Shown here one piece after another: positions 1 to 12,133 of a DNA stretch of 64,000 nucleotides. The notes under the pieces are model-generated. The model was not told the DNA's origin. It was given only the letters and a program-made list of their open reading frames with translations, and did no database searches. The stretch covers positions 896,001-960,000 of the forward strand of contig JBMNHS010000001.1 in assembly GCA_050950505.1 (NCBI GenBank), given 5' to 3'. Source of the DNA: Candidatus Methanomethylophilaceae archaeon (GTDB lineage: Archaea > Thermoplasmatota > Thermoplasmata > Methanomassiliicoccales > Methanomethylophilaceae). Numbering within the stretch: the first letter of the stretch is position 1; every line of letters begins with the position of its first letter. The translations under genes were made by a program, and so were the position numbers.

Positions 1-495
1 CACTACGGGAGGCATTGCGAAAATGACAGTTGCGATGACTCCCGGCACGGCACCCAATCCGAAGAAGATTATGGCCGGTATAAGGTAAACGAAAGCGGGC
101 ATCGTCTGCATAAAGTCCATGACGGCTTTGATTACGGTATTCGAACTCTCGCTGTTGGATGCCCAGATTCCCAGCGGAATCGCAATGGCAACCGCCACCA
201 GAGTCGACACGAGAACCATCGTGAGGGTATCAATGGAACTCTCCCAGTACCCCATGTAGTTTATGACGGCGAAGGCAAGACCGATCAACAACGGCAACAC
301 GAGCCGTTTGGTAATCAGAATTGAAATGAAAATAAGCAGTATTATGAAAACCAGCGGACCGGGATAACTCAGGATTCCTCCCACCATGTTGATGAGGCCG
401 TCCAGAAATCTGCTCAGAAGACTCAAAAGCCCGCCGAAATAAACTTCGATAAAATCCACAACGGTTATGGCCGCTTCGCCGACGACGGAAGTCAT
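1..495 (-). CDS. proW: glycine betaine/proline ABC transporter permease (OpuAB/ProW), runs off the window edge
   Basis: Manual translation from ATG at 495 (ATGA overlap with the proV stop): hydrophobic, with motif MDFMQTMPAFVYLIPAIIFFGLGAVPGVIATVIFAMPP. Confidence 0.9.
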   Translation of the reverse strand, partial: MTSVVGEAAITVVDFIEVYFGGLLSLLSRFLDGLINMVGGILSYPGPLVFIILLIFISILITKRLVLPLLIGLAFAVINYMGYWESSIDTLTMVLVSTLVAVAIAIPLGIWASNSESSNTVIKAVMDFMQTMPAFVYLIPAIIFFGLGAVPGVIATVIFAMPPVV

Positions 496-1886
496 TCTTC
501 ACTGCCCCCGTTCAAAGTGTCGGCGGCCACCGACGGACTGACCGTTCCCAAAAACAATCCGTTTTCATCCACGACGGGTATGGGGAAATCGGTGGTGACC
601 ATAATCTGTATGACATCGCTCATCGGCGAGTCAGGTCCGACAGTGGGTGTTTCGATGATGATGTTCGACAGATCGGATTCTCCGAACTTCACTCCGCGGA
701 GTATGTCGTCGGATTCGACTCTGCCTATGAAACGGTTGTTTCGGTCTATGACAAGCATGTCGTTTCGGTCAAGACGATCCATGATTCTCAGTGCCGTCCG
801 GGGCCCCTGAGTGACATACAGAATGTTTCTGGGTCTTCTCATGAACAGTTCCGCGGTAAGGATTTTCGTACGGTCGACTTCTTTCACGAACCTGCTTACG
901 TATTCATCGGCCGGATTCTGAAGAATATCCTCCGCCCGCCCAATCTGTACGATTTTACCGTCTTTCATCAATGCGATGCGGTCTCCGAGTTTGAGAGCCT
1001 CGTCAAGATCGTGAGTCACGAACACCACGGTTTTTCCGAGTTTGGATTGAATTTTGATCAATTCATCCTGCATATCATTTCTTATCAACGGGTCCAAAGC
1101 GCTGAACGCTTCGTCCATGAATAGTATGTCCGGGTCCGTGGCCAAAGCTCTGGCCAATCCCACTCTTTGCCGCATGCCGCCGCTTAAATCGGCGGGCATG
1201 CTTTCTTCATAACCTGCAAGGCCTACGAGCTCAATCGTCTCTTCGGACCTTTTAAGCCGTTCTTCTTCGCAGACGTTCTGCATTTCCAAACCGTAAGCAA
1301 CATTGTTCAGAATATCTCTGTGGGGTATGAGCGCAAAATTCTGGAAAACCATTGACATTTTCTTTCGTCTGACCAATCTAAGATCGTCTTCGTCCAAGGA
1401 TGTGAAATCCAAACCGTCAATGTACACTTTGCCCGAGGTGGGCTCGATCAGACGGTTCATACAACGTTCCAAAGTGGATTTTCCGGAACCGGAAAGTCCC
1501 ATCAGGACGAATATTTCACCTTCCATGACATCAAAAGAAACGTCGTACAAACCGACGTTGTTGGAAGTGCGACTTTGAACTTCCTCTTTACTGTGACCTT
1601 GTTCCAGAAGCTGCAACGCTTCCTCGTGATGCCTTCCGTATATTTTGGACAGTTTTTCAACTCTGATTATCACACGATTGCCTTCCGTGTCCCGGATGGC
1701 GTCGACGCCTTCGAAAATATCGTCGGCGGTTTGCCTCTCCTTCTTGGAAGGGTGATATTTTTTTGTGAAGTTTTTGACGGATCCCTTTACGCGGGTTCCG
1801 ATTCTGCTCATATTTTCAGATAAAAGCCGGTTGAACTCGTCGTCCATGGCTTTGATCGGTCTCTTTGTGTCTATCTTTGAAGACAT
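492..1886 (-). CDS. proV: glycine betaine/proline ABC transporter ATPase with C-terminal CBS domains (OpuAA/ProV)
   Basis: Walker A GLSGSGKS, LSGGMRQRVGLARAL, DEAFSALDPLIR, CBS-like C-terminus; about 70 aa N-terminal extension. Confidence 0.93.
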   Translation of the reverse strand: MSSKIDTKRPIKAMDDEFNRLLSENMSRIGTRVKGSVKNFTKKYHPSKKERQTADDIFEGVDAIRDTEGNRVIIRVEKLSKIYGRHHEEALQLLEQGHSKEEVQSRTSNNVGLYDVSFDVMEGEIFVLMGLSGSGKSTLERCMNRLIEPTSGKVYIDGLDFTSLDEDDLRLVRRKKMSMVFQNFALIPHRDILNNVAYGLEMQNVCEEERLKRSEETIELVGLAGYEESMPADLSGGMRQRVGLARALATDPDILFMDEAFSALDPLIRNDMQDELIKIQSKLGKTVVFVTHDLDEALKLGDRIALMKDGKIVQIGRAEDILQNPADEYVSRFVKEVDRTKILTAELFMRRPRNILYVTQGPRTALRIMDRLDRNDMLVIDRNNRFIGRVESDDILRGVKFGESDLSNIIIETPTVGPDSPMSDVIQIMVTTDFPIPVVDENGLFLGTVSPSVAADTLNGGSEE

Positions 1887-2608
1887 TGTTTGTCATCTCC
1901 GAATTTCGGATCGGAAATGAACCGTTCTTCAGCGCTTACGCTAAGATTATCCAACAATGTGAGTCGCAGGATCGACCCGGGGTTTGGATACCGCGGGGTT
2001 TTCTTAGCGTATGGGCCTTTACTTTACGGATTTTCTTTTATTTTATATCCGTATTTTTATCGAACGGCTCAATTCTGACCGAACTCAGATACCTGTGTGT
2101 TTTTGAAACGCCCAGGTATCAAGGCAGAATTTGCCACGTTCGGCATTATATAAATAATGTAGGATTTGGAGATTTTTTGTGAAAATCGGTCGATTCATGC
2201 GGCAAAATCAACCTAAAAAACATACAAAAGTTATTTTTCAATCAATAAAATATGTTCTTCAGACAATCCGATGCGGAACGTTTAATCTCGGAATCCTTGA
2301 AAATTTCGTTGAAACATAAACAAACAATCCAGCATACGTTGAATAATAAATATCTTTGAATTTCGGCATATCTTCGACTTTAGACGATATAATTCTCGGT
2401 CATTAAGCGGAAATATACGTAAACTCTGATGTATTTTCGTTATTCGTACAAATTTGAGAATCTGTGTAATCCGAGTTATTTTTACGTTAAATGCAGTAAA
2501 TACGCATATTATATACGAAATTCGTAGAATAGTTGGGTATATATACAATGAGTGCGTTAATAGAGATTGAGGTGAGACCCAATTTCAAAACGTAAAGACA
2601 CTAGGATC

Positions 2609-2760
2609 TGCGGCGAAGACATGAACGAGGCATTATGTTCGTTGGTAGAGAAATGGCCGGTCGGCACCTCTCGATGCGGATAAGCGAAATTCATGTCTGC
2701 AAGACCCGACTGATGACCGCAACAAACCCCCTGCCCTTTGGGGCAGGGATTTCTTTCTCT
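2609..2760 (+). ncRNA. putative structured RNA or IS200/IS605-end-like element upstream of cas3
   Basis: Nested stems TGCGG/CCGCA and AGACATGAA/TTCATGTCT, terminal 8-bp hairpin CCCTGCCC-TTTG-GGGCAGGG, then a pyrimidine run; TATA-like sequence at about 2538-2545. Confidence 0.35.
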
Positions 2761-2858
2761 CTGAACATTTCTCTCGGTTTACACATTCTGAGATTTTTAT
2801 CGTCTGTTTATATAGAGTTATACGCTACCGTTAAATGCAAACATATTGCTGAATCAGT

Positions 2859-5660
2859 ATGAACTCCGTCGGAGGGGATGTAAAGACCAATCGGGTTCCT
2901 TTTGATGATTTATCTGATATGAGTACATCATTGTGGGCAAAAGTTTCACAGACCGTCGGTGATGTAAGTTGGCTTCCTCTTGTTGCTCATATGCATGACG
3001 CGGGATACGTTTCGTAGTGTATTTGGAGAAGATGGCTTCCGGAGTCAACTAGAAAACTAATCGAAGATGGAATTTACACGGAGGACGGACATAAATTAAC
3101 TCCGGATGTGGTTGAACGGATTCTTAAATTCGTTTCAACAACACATGATATCGGAAAAGCCACCCCCGCTTTTCAGGGGAAAATGATTTTTCAAAATCCG
3201 GATGTTCAGATTGAATGCAGGAGAAGGTTAGACGCGTCCGGAATACCAATGAGGTATGACTTGGACAATCCGAACTTGATTCCACATTCATTTGCTTCGC
3301 AATATATCCTTGAAAGCAGAGGTATAGATCGAAGCGTTGCCTCTATTGTCGGTGGCCATCATGGCACATTTCCGAACAGAGATGAGTTTAGAAAAATAAG
3401 TTCATTTAAAAATCATACAGGCGTTGGGAACAAAAAATGGGATGACATTCACGACGAACTCTTGGGGTATTCACTTTATGTTTCAGAGTTGGATTATGAA
3501 TCCATTTCAAGTTTGAAAATTGCAGTTCATTCTCAGATATTGCTTACGGCCCTGGTGATAATGTCTGATTGGATATCAAGCAATGAGTATGATTTTCCTT
3601 ATGATGAGGAGTTCACTTATTCAAATTCAATTTTAAAAGAACGGGCCATCAAAGGATGGGACCGTCTCAGTATCCCATCTATTTGGACGCCGGACACCGA
3701 TGGTATTGTGGACATTCTTTATCAGAGTCGTTTCGGATTCAATCCCAGACCTTTTCAAAAATCCATTTTGGATATATTGAACAATATAAATTCCCCCGGA
3801 CTCATTATTTTAGAAGCACCGATGGGTGAAGGTAAGACCGAGGCTGCACTTGCGGCAGCTGAGATATTGGCAGATCGGTTTGGAAAAAGCGGGTTATTTT
3901 TCGCATTGCCGACACAGGCAACGTCTGATGGAATTTTTGACAGAGTCAAAAATTGGATGGAGAAAGCCGTGGGAAAATACAGCGATGAGAAGCACTCACT
4001 GTTTTTGGCGCATGGTAAATCCAGATTTAACGAATCATACACTTCATTGTATCAAAAGAAGTGGAACGTCGGTTCGACAAATGAAAATCACAATGGAAAC
4101 GTCATCGTTCACGATTGGTTCAATGGGAGAAAAAAAGGTATTCTTTCCGATGTTGTCGTGGGAACCGTTGATCAAATACTCATGGCAAGTTTAAAACAGA
4201 AACATCTTGTATTGAGGCATCTGGGACTTGCGAACAAAGTAGTGATAATCGACGAATGTCATGCATATGATACATACATGGGAAGTTACCTGGTAAAGAC
4301 ATTGAGGTGGCTGGGCGCATATAAAGTACCGGTGATCCTGTTATCTGCAACACTTCCCCCCAATATACGTTATGATTTTGTGAAAGGATACATGTTCTGT
4401 GGTACGAACAATGAGCCCGCGTCTCTCGATTGGGTTCATAATAAAAACTACCCCCTGTTGACTTATGCAGATTCAGAAGGGATATTTCAGAACGCTCCCG
4501 AGAGCTCGGGCCGCACAGTAAAAATCAATATCGAAAACATTTCTGATGAAGATATATTAGGGATTTTGGAAGATCACACTTCTGAGGGGGGATTTGTGGG
4601 CATAATATTAAACACAGTTAATCGAGCACAAGAATTATCTAAAAAGCTTTCAGATCGCTTCGGCGAAGAGCAGATTCAACTGATACATTCCCGTTTTACT
4701 AACATAGATCGTTCCGTGAAAGAAGCAAAACTTCTCGAAATTCTTGATAAAGGAAATCGATTATCTCCCGGAAATAGGTTATTTGTCATAGGTACGCAAG
4801 TAATAGAACAATCTCTCGATTTGGATTTTGATTTACTTATAACTGATTTATGTCCTATGGATCTCCTGATACAACGTATGGGAAGACTGCACAGACATAT
4901 TCGAAAAAGATCTGCGAAAATGCATCTTCCATTGTGTTATGTTTTGGACAATGGTAAAGGGGATTTCGAACCGGGCGCCGAGAGCGTTTACGGAAAATAT
5001 CACCTTATGAACTCGAGAGAATTGCTCAGGTTACGAAAAACTATCAATTTCCCTGATGAAATTCCTTTTTTGGTGCATGCGGCATACGACGTCAACGGAA
5101 TTCCCATGCCGGAGGCCCTCAGGGACGAATATGATTGCGCGCACAAAGAATTGGAACAAAAGATGATCGATAAAGAACGCAGAGCAAAGGTTTTCCAAAT
5201 CAAACATCCTGAAAAAACGAAAAATCTCATGGGTTGGACGGAGGGTTCGGGAAGTGATACTGAAAGGGCTGCACAGGCAACAGTCAGGGATGTAAACAGT
5301 TCTTTGGAAGTAATCGTTGTCCGAAAAGACGATGAAGGAAATTTTAGAATGATTTCATCTGTGTCGGAGGATGACGGTTCTGTGATTCCTTCAGATTCGG
5401 TTCCTGATGGAAAATTGGCCTTCAGGCTTGCAGGATGCAAAGTCTCTCTTCCCGGATTTCTGTCTGCAGATTGGAAAATAGATGAAACGATACGTTATCT
5501 CGAAATGAGAAACAGTAAAGAAATTCCCAAATGTTGGCAGGAATCGGAATGGCTGAACGGAGAATTATTCTTGTTGCTTGATAACAGCGGTATCACAACT
5601 GTTATATCATATTCACTGAGGTATGACACCAAGTTCGGGTTGATGATGGTTTATGAATGA
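2859..5660 (+). CDS. cas3: type I-E Cas3 HD nuclease/helicase with in-frame TAG at 3015-3017 (probable pyrrolysine read-through; alternative start 2919)
   Basis: The upstream frame encodes SLWAK...WLPLVAHMHDAGYVS*CIWRRWLP, continuous with the 3108 ORF (HDIGKATPAFQ, GGHHG, SDWISS, APMGEGKT, DECH, SAT, QRMGRLHRH). Confidence 0.93.
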
Positions 5661-7221
5661 TGTCGATTTCAATCTCCTGTACGAGCCGTGGATATCTGTA
5701 ATGGACTATGAAGGAAAAATTCTTCAAATGGGTATCATGGATACGTTGAATCAAGCTCATAAAATCAAATCATTGGCTGGGGAAACCCCGACACAGGATG
5801 TAACGATTATACGTTTATTACTGGCAATAATATCTGCAATTTATCTTCGGACGGACTCTGATGGGACAAAGGCCCATTTGACGGACGAAGAGGATGCCGT
5901 TGAAAGATGGGGTCGATTATGGGAAAGAAACCGATTTGATTCCGAACACGTTCAGCAGTATCTGGTTGGATTCGAAGACAGATTCTATTTGTTCCACCCC
6001 AAATTTCCCTTTTATCAATCTCCTATTGAAAAAGGTACAGAGTATACATCACCCAAACTCATCGGAGATCTTCTGGAAAGCAGTAATAAACTTCGATTGT
6101 TCAGTAACAGAAACGGTGCCGGCAAAGTCAAAATCTCTTACGCTGAGGCGGCACGCTGGATACTTCATCTGAACGCGTTCGATGACACCTCTGCAAAGCC
6201 TACGGTAAGGGGAGGCAATATGCCATCTCCGGGTGCAGGGTGGTTGGGCAAGTTAGGTCTTATATATGCGGAAGGAAAGAATCTCTTTGAAACTCTGATG
6301 CTGAATTTTGTAATGACCGATCATAATTATGATCCTTTTCCGGATGGAAAGGCCATATGGGAGTCCAGCCCCCGCATCGAGGAAAGGGTAATCATACCCA
6401 TGCCCGAAAGTCCGTTGGAAATAATGACATTACAATCCCGCAGAATATTGTTGAAGCGTGAAGAGGGTTTCGTAACAGGATATATTCTGATGGGCGGGGA
6501 CATAGTTGACAGAGAAAATGCTCTGATAGAGCAAATGACTGTGTGGAGAAAGGATAAAACGGGCGCATGGTTGCCTAAAAGACACGATCCATCCCGATTG
6601 ATGTGGAGGGATTTTTCCGCAATGATGTCAGGATTTGAAGATAATATAAAACCCGGCGTTGTAAGATGGATTTCTTCACTCGTAGCGGAAGACTTGCTTC
6701 CGGATGAATTTTTAACCTTCAGAATCACAGGAATAAAATACGGAGATAAGGATTTTTTTGCCGAAGACACGATAGACGACGGAATGGTATTCAATGCCGA
6801 ACTTCTGAGTTCTCTCGGAGAATCATGGATTCATAGAATTTCAAACCTGATAAAGAGAACAGAAGAATCCATCTATGCCTTCGGTACGTTCGCACGAAAT
6901 TTATCAATTGACAGCGGCAACGACGCGGAAGGTAAAAGTGCAAAAAATGCTTCCGCATCTGCAAGAGAAATGGCATATTTCCATTTGGATATGCCTTTCA
7001 GACGATGGCTTCAATCTATAAATCCCGTGTCTGATGATGAAGAGAGCCGGTTGAATGAGTGGACCGGGTTAGTATACTCTGTTTTGGTGGACAATCTCGG
7101 AAAACAATTACTTGAGGATGCAGGAGTCCAGGCCATGGTGGGCAGCAGTCTGCAAAACAATTCAATTTCCAGGTACAGACTGTTCAGAAACAGTGTTCGC
7201 AAGATTCTTAGAGGTGATTAA
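5653..7221 (+). CDS. cse1: type I-E Cascade large subunit Cas8e/Cse1
   Basis: FNLLYEPWI start, RFYLFHPKFPFYQ motif, position after cas3. Confidence 0.9.
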   Translation: MNDVDFNLLYEPWISVMDYEGKILQMGIMDTLNQAHKIKSLAGETPTQDVTIIRLLLAIISAIYLRTDSDGTKAHLTDEEDAVERWGRLWERNRFDSEHVQQYLVGFEDRFYLFHPKFPFYQSPIEKGTEYTSPKLIGDLLESSNKLRLFSNRNGAGKVKISYAEAARWILHLNAFDDTSAKPTVRGGNMPSPGAGWLGKLGLIYAEGKNLFETLMLNFVMTDHNYDPFPDGKAIWESSPRIEERVIIPMPESPLEIMTLQSRRILLKREEGFVTGYILMGGDIVDRENALIEQMTVWRKDKTGAWLPKRHDPSRLMWRDFSAMMSGFEDNIKPGVVRWISSLVAEDLLPDEFLTFRITGIKYGDKDFFAEDTIDDGMVFNAELLSSLGESWIHRISNLIKRTEESIYAFGTFARNLSIDSGNDAEGKSAKNASASAREMAYFHLDMPFRRWLQSINPVSDDEESRLNEWTGLVYSVLVDNLGKQLLEDAGVQAMVGSSLQNNSISRYRLFRNSVRKILRGD

Positions 7222-7222
7222 T

Positions 7223-7819
7223 TTGACAAAATCTGATATGATATATAATTTTGTTAATGAGAAGATAGGCATATTGCAAACGGGAAGTCCCTGGTCTAAA
7301 GCAATGTTGGCAAAATTAAGAAGAGGAGTGGGTAAGGAACCTTCAGAATCATACGAGACGTGGGAAATCACGTTAAACGGGATTCCTGAGGAGTTGACCG
7401 GTTTTGAAGGAGTCGGAGATTTTGAGGCCAATGAGGCAGAAATGGCAATACACGTGGCTTTGACGTTATACGCACTTCATCAACAAGGTAACTCATTGCC
7501 GGTGAATTCATACAATAAATCCTTTGCCGCATCCATAAGAAGTCTCATAAATACTGACAAGTCCAATGAGGATGCAATCAAAAGACGGTTTGACGCAATC
7601 ATCACATCCGATACCTTGATGGAATTATCAACTCATGCCAGAGGACTTGTTCAGTTGATGAAAGCATCGGAGAACACATCATTCAATTACCCCTTATTTG
7701 CAAAAGATCTCTATTTCTTCCAATATCCGGAAGGTAAAAAAACAGTTCGTTTGCGATGGGGGCTGGATTTTTATAAAGTACGTATGAACGAACCTATGAA
7801 AAAGGAGGAAGAAGAGTGA
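7223..7819 (+). CDS. cse2: type I-E Cascade small subunit Cas11/Cse2
   Basis: LAKLRRGVGK, ALTLYALHQQ, LFAKDLYFFQ...W motifs; TTG start at 7223 after SD GAGGTGA. Confidence 0.9.
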   Translation: MTKSDMIYNFVNEKIGILQTGSPWSKAMLAKLRRGVGKEPSESYETWEITLNGIPEELTGFEGVGDFEANEAEMAIHVALTLYALHQQGNSLPVNSYNKSFAASIRSLINTDKSNEDAIKRRFDAIITSDTLMELSTHARGLVQLMKASENTSFNYPLFAKDLYFFQYPEGKKTVRLRWGLDFYKVRMNEPMKKEEEE

Positions 7820-8922
7820 AAAACAGAATATTTGTAGATTTGCACGTTATTCAAACAGTACCGCCCAGTTGTGTGAACAGGGATGATACGGGAAGCCCCA
7901 AAACGGCTATGTACGGCGGAGTTCGCAGAGCCCGTGTTTCCTCTCAGAGCTGGAAAAAGGCAATCAGAGATCAGTTCAAGGAAGAATTTGACGAATCTGA
8001 GTTGGGAATACGCACCTTGAACGCAGTCGATGTGATTGCTGACAAAATACGTTCCATCGATACAGCCCTCTCCAAAGAAGAAGCGGTGGGGAAAGCAGCA
8101 GGCGTTCTTAGAGTCGCAGGTATTAAATTGGACACGAAGAAGAAAAAAGATACGGAGTCAGAAGAAAATCTCCGTACGGGAGCGTTATTTTTTATCAGTT
8201 CCAAACAGGCAGAGAATATGGCCGCTTTGGCGTTGACTGAGAACTATTCTAAAAAAGACGCACAAGAGGCGCTGAACAAAGGCAACGGAGTAGACATAGC
8301 TCTGTTCGGCAGAATGGTCGCCGACGATCCGTCATTGAATTCCGACGCATCAGCCCAAGTTGCTCATGCGATATCAACTCATAAGGTTGACACGGAATAC
8401 GATTATTTTACGGCAATAGATGATAGGTCTCCCGCAGACAACGCGGGTGCCGGAATGATCGGTACCGTTGAATTCAATTCTTCTACGCTATACCGGTACG
8501 CGACAGTTTCAGTTCATGACCTGTACAACAGATTGGAATGCAATAAAGAGATGACTTCGAAAGCCATAACCGAATTCATAAAAGCATTCATGCTCAGTAT
8601 GCCCACAGGAAAACAGAATACGTTTGCAAACAGAACGGTTCCCAATGCCGCTATAATCGCAATCAGAGACGATCAACCAATCAATCTCGTCAGCGCATTC
8701 GAATCTCCCGTAGGTACAAACAAATCCTCAATCGGGTACCTGGACGAATCAATAGACAGATTAATCAAAGAAAAGGAAGAAGCAACTTCTTCCTTTGTCA
8801 AGAAATCCAAGAAAACTTGGCAGATCGGAAAAGGTCTTGATGCATTGGGGCCTTCTGCTGATGTGGAAACCACCATTTCCGAAATAGAAGACTACCTCAA
8901 TGGGGAATTAGGTGAATGGTGA
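7816..8922 (+). CDS. cas7: type I-E Cascade backbone Cas7/Cse4
   Basis: PPSCVNRDDTGSPKTAMYGGVRRARVSSQSWK, DIALFGRMVA, PTGKQNTFA. Confidence 0.95.
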   Translation: MKNRIFVDLHVIQTVPPSCVNRDDTGSPKTAMYGGVRRARVSSQSWKKAIRDQFKEEFDESELGIRTLNAVDVIADKIRSIDTALSKEEAVGKAAGVLRVAGIKLDTKKKKDTESEENLRTGALFFISSKQAENMAALALTENYSKKDAQEALNKGNGVDIALFGRMVADDPSLNSDASAQVAHAISTHKVDTEYDYFTAIDDRSPADNAGAGMIGTVEFNSSTLYRYATVSVHDLYNRLECNKEMTSKAITEFIKAFMLSMPTGKQNTFANRTVPNAAIIAIRDDQPINLVSAFESPVGTNKSSIGYLDESIDRLIKEKEEATSSFVKKSKKTWQIGKGLDALGPSADVETTISEIEDYLNGELGEW

Positions 8923-9631
8923 CATTATTGTTGAGATTGGCCGGCCCTTTGCAATCCTGGGGGGTGGGTTCCAAGTTTGAAACCCGCACTACCTCGAAAG
9001 CACCCTCAAAGAGCGGAGTCTTGGGAATGGTCGCTTCTGCAATGGGACGCGACAGAGAAGATTCTCTCGATGATTTGGCATCTTTGAAATTCGGAGTGCG
9101 GATAGATCAGGAAGGAACGATTTTAAAGGATTTTCACACAGCGCACAGCGCGAGTCGCAAGACGGCATACGTGACAAACAGACATTATCTCGAAAATGGG
9201 TGTTTTTTAGTAGGCCTTGAAGGTGATGAAACATTACTGTTTAGAATCGAAGATGCGATAAAAAATCCCTTTTATCCTCTTTACCTGGGACGCAGGTCTT
9301 GTCCACCTACGGGCAGAATGATTTTGGGATTCAGAGACAAAGTGCTGTATGAAGCACTGAGGGATGAGCCGTGGTTGGCGTCAGAGTGGTATCGAAAACG
9401 GACTCCCTCCAATGTAATGTTGGAGATTGTATGCGAAGATGATTCCGATTTATTTTCGGAATCTGTCCGGGATGTGCCCCTCAGTTTTAGCCAAACCAGA
9501 AGAAAGCATGGTTTCAGGAATGTAAGAAGAGTTCTTGACGGAAAGACAATCGAAAATTCCGATTCCGGAATCAAAAAACCCATGAATGCACAATTCGATC
9601 CAATGTTCGAAGTAAAGAAGGAGGTTCGTTA

Positions 9632-9632
<1 letters not shown>
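8916..9632 (+). CDS. cas5: type I-E Cas5
   Basis: LRLAGPLQSWG, PSKSGVLG, LYLGRRSCPP. Confidence 0.95.
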
Positions 9633-12047
<2,415 letters not shown>

Positions 12048-12133
12048 TCATCGGGTTTCAATTAAAGTTTTCATAAGTTTTCTGAGAAAAAATTATTTAT
12101 TTGAAAAAGTGTGGGTATATTGGGATTCTTAGT
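12048..12133 (+). promoter_or_regulatory. CRISPR leader
   Basis: 86-bp AT-rich stretch between cas2 and the first repeat, ending TTCTTAGT; variant repeats lie at the opposite end. Confidence 0.8.

Noticed and set aside
2282-2548. AT-rich tract with scattered TACG/CGTA/TTCG words and an 88-aa minus-strand ORF
   Set aside because: No regular period or recognisable protein motif; treated as AT-rich island flank
2609-2721. CTGATGA and CGAA words suggesting a hammerhead or HDV-like ribozyme
   Set aside because: Could not assemble the required stems and cleavage-site geometry
2903-2917. TGATGA-TTTAT-CTGA K-turn-like motif near the cas3 start
   Set aside because: The flanking canonical stem cannot form, and the motif may lie in coding sequence if the start is 2859
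3108-5660. ORF-track start of cas3 at GTG 3108
   Set aside because: It omits the conserved LWAK/HxxD N-terminus that lies in frame upstream of the TAG
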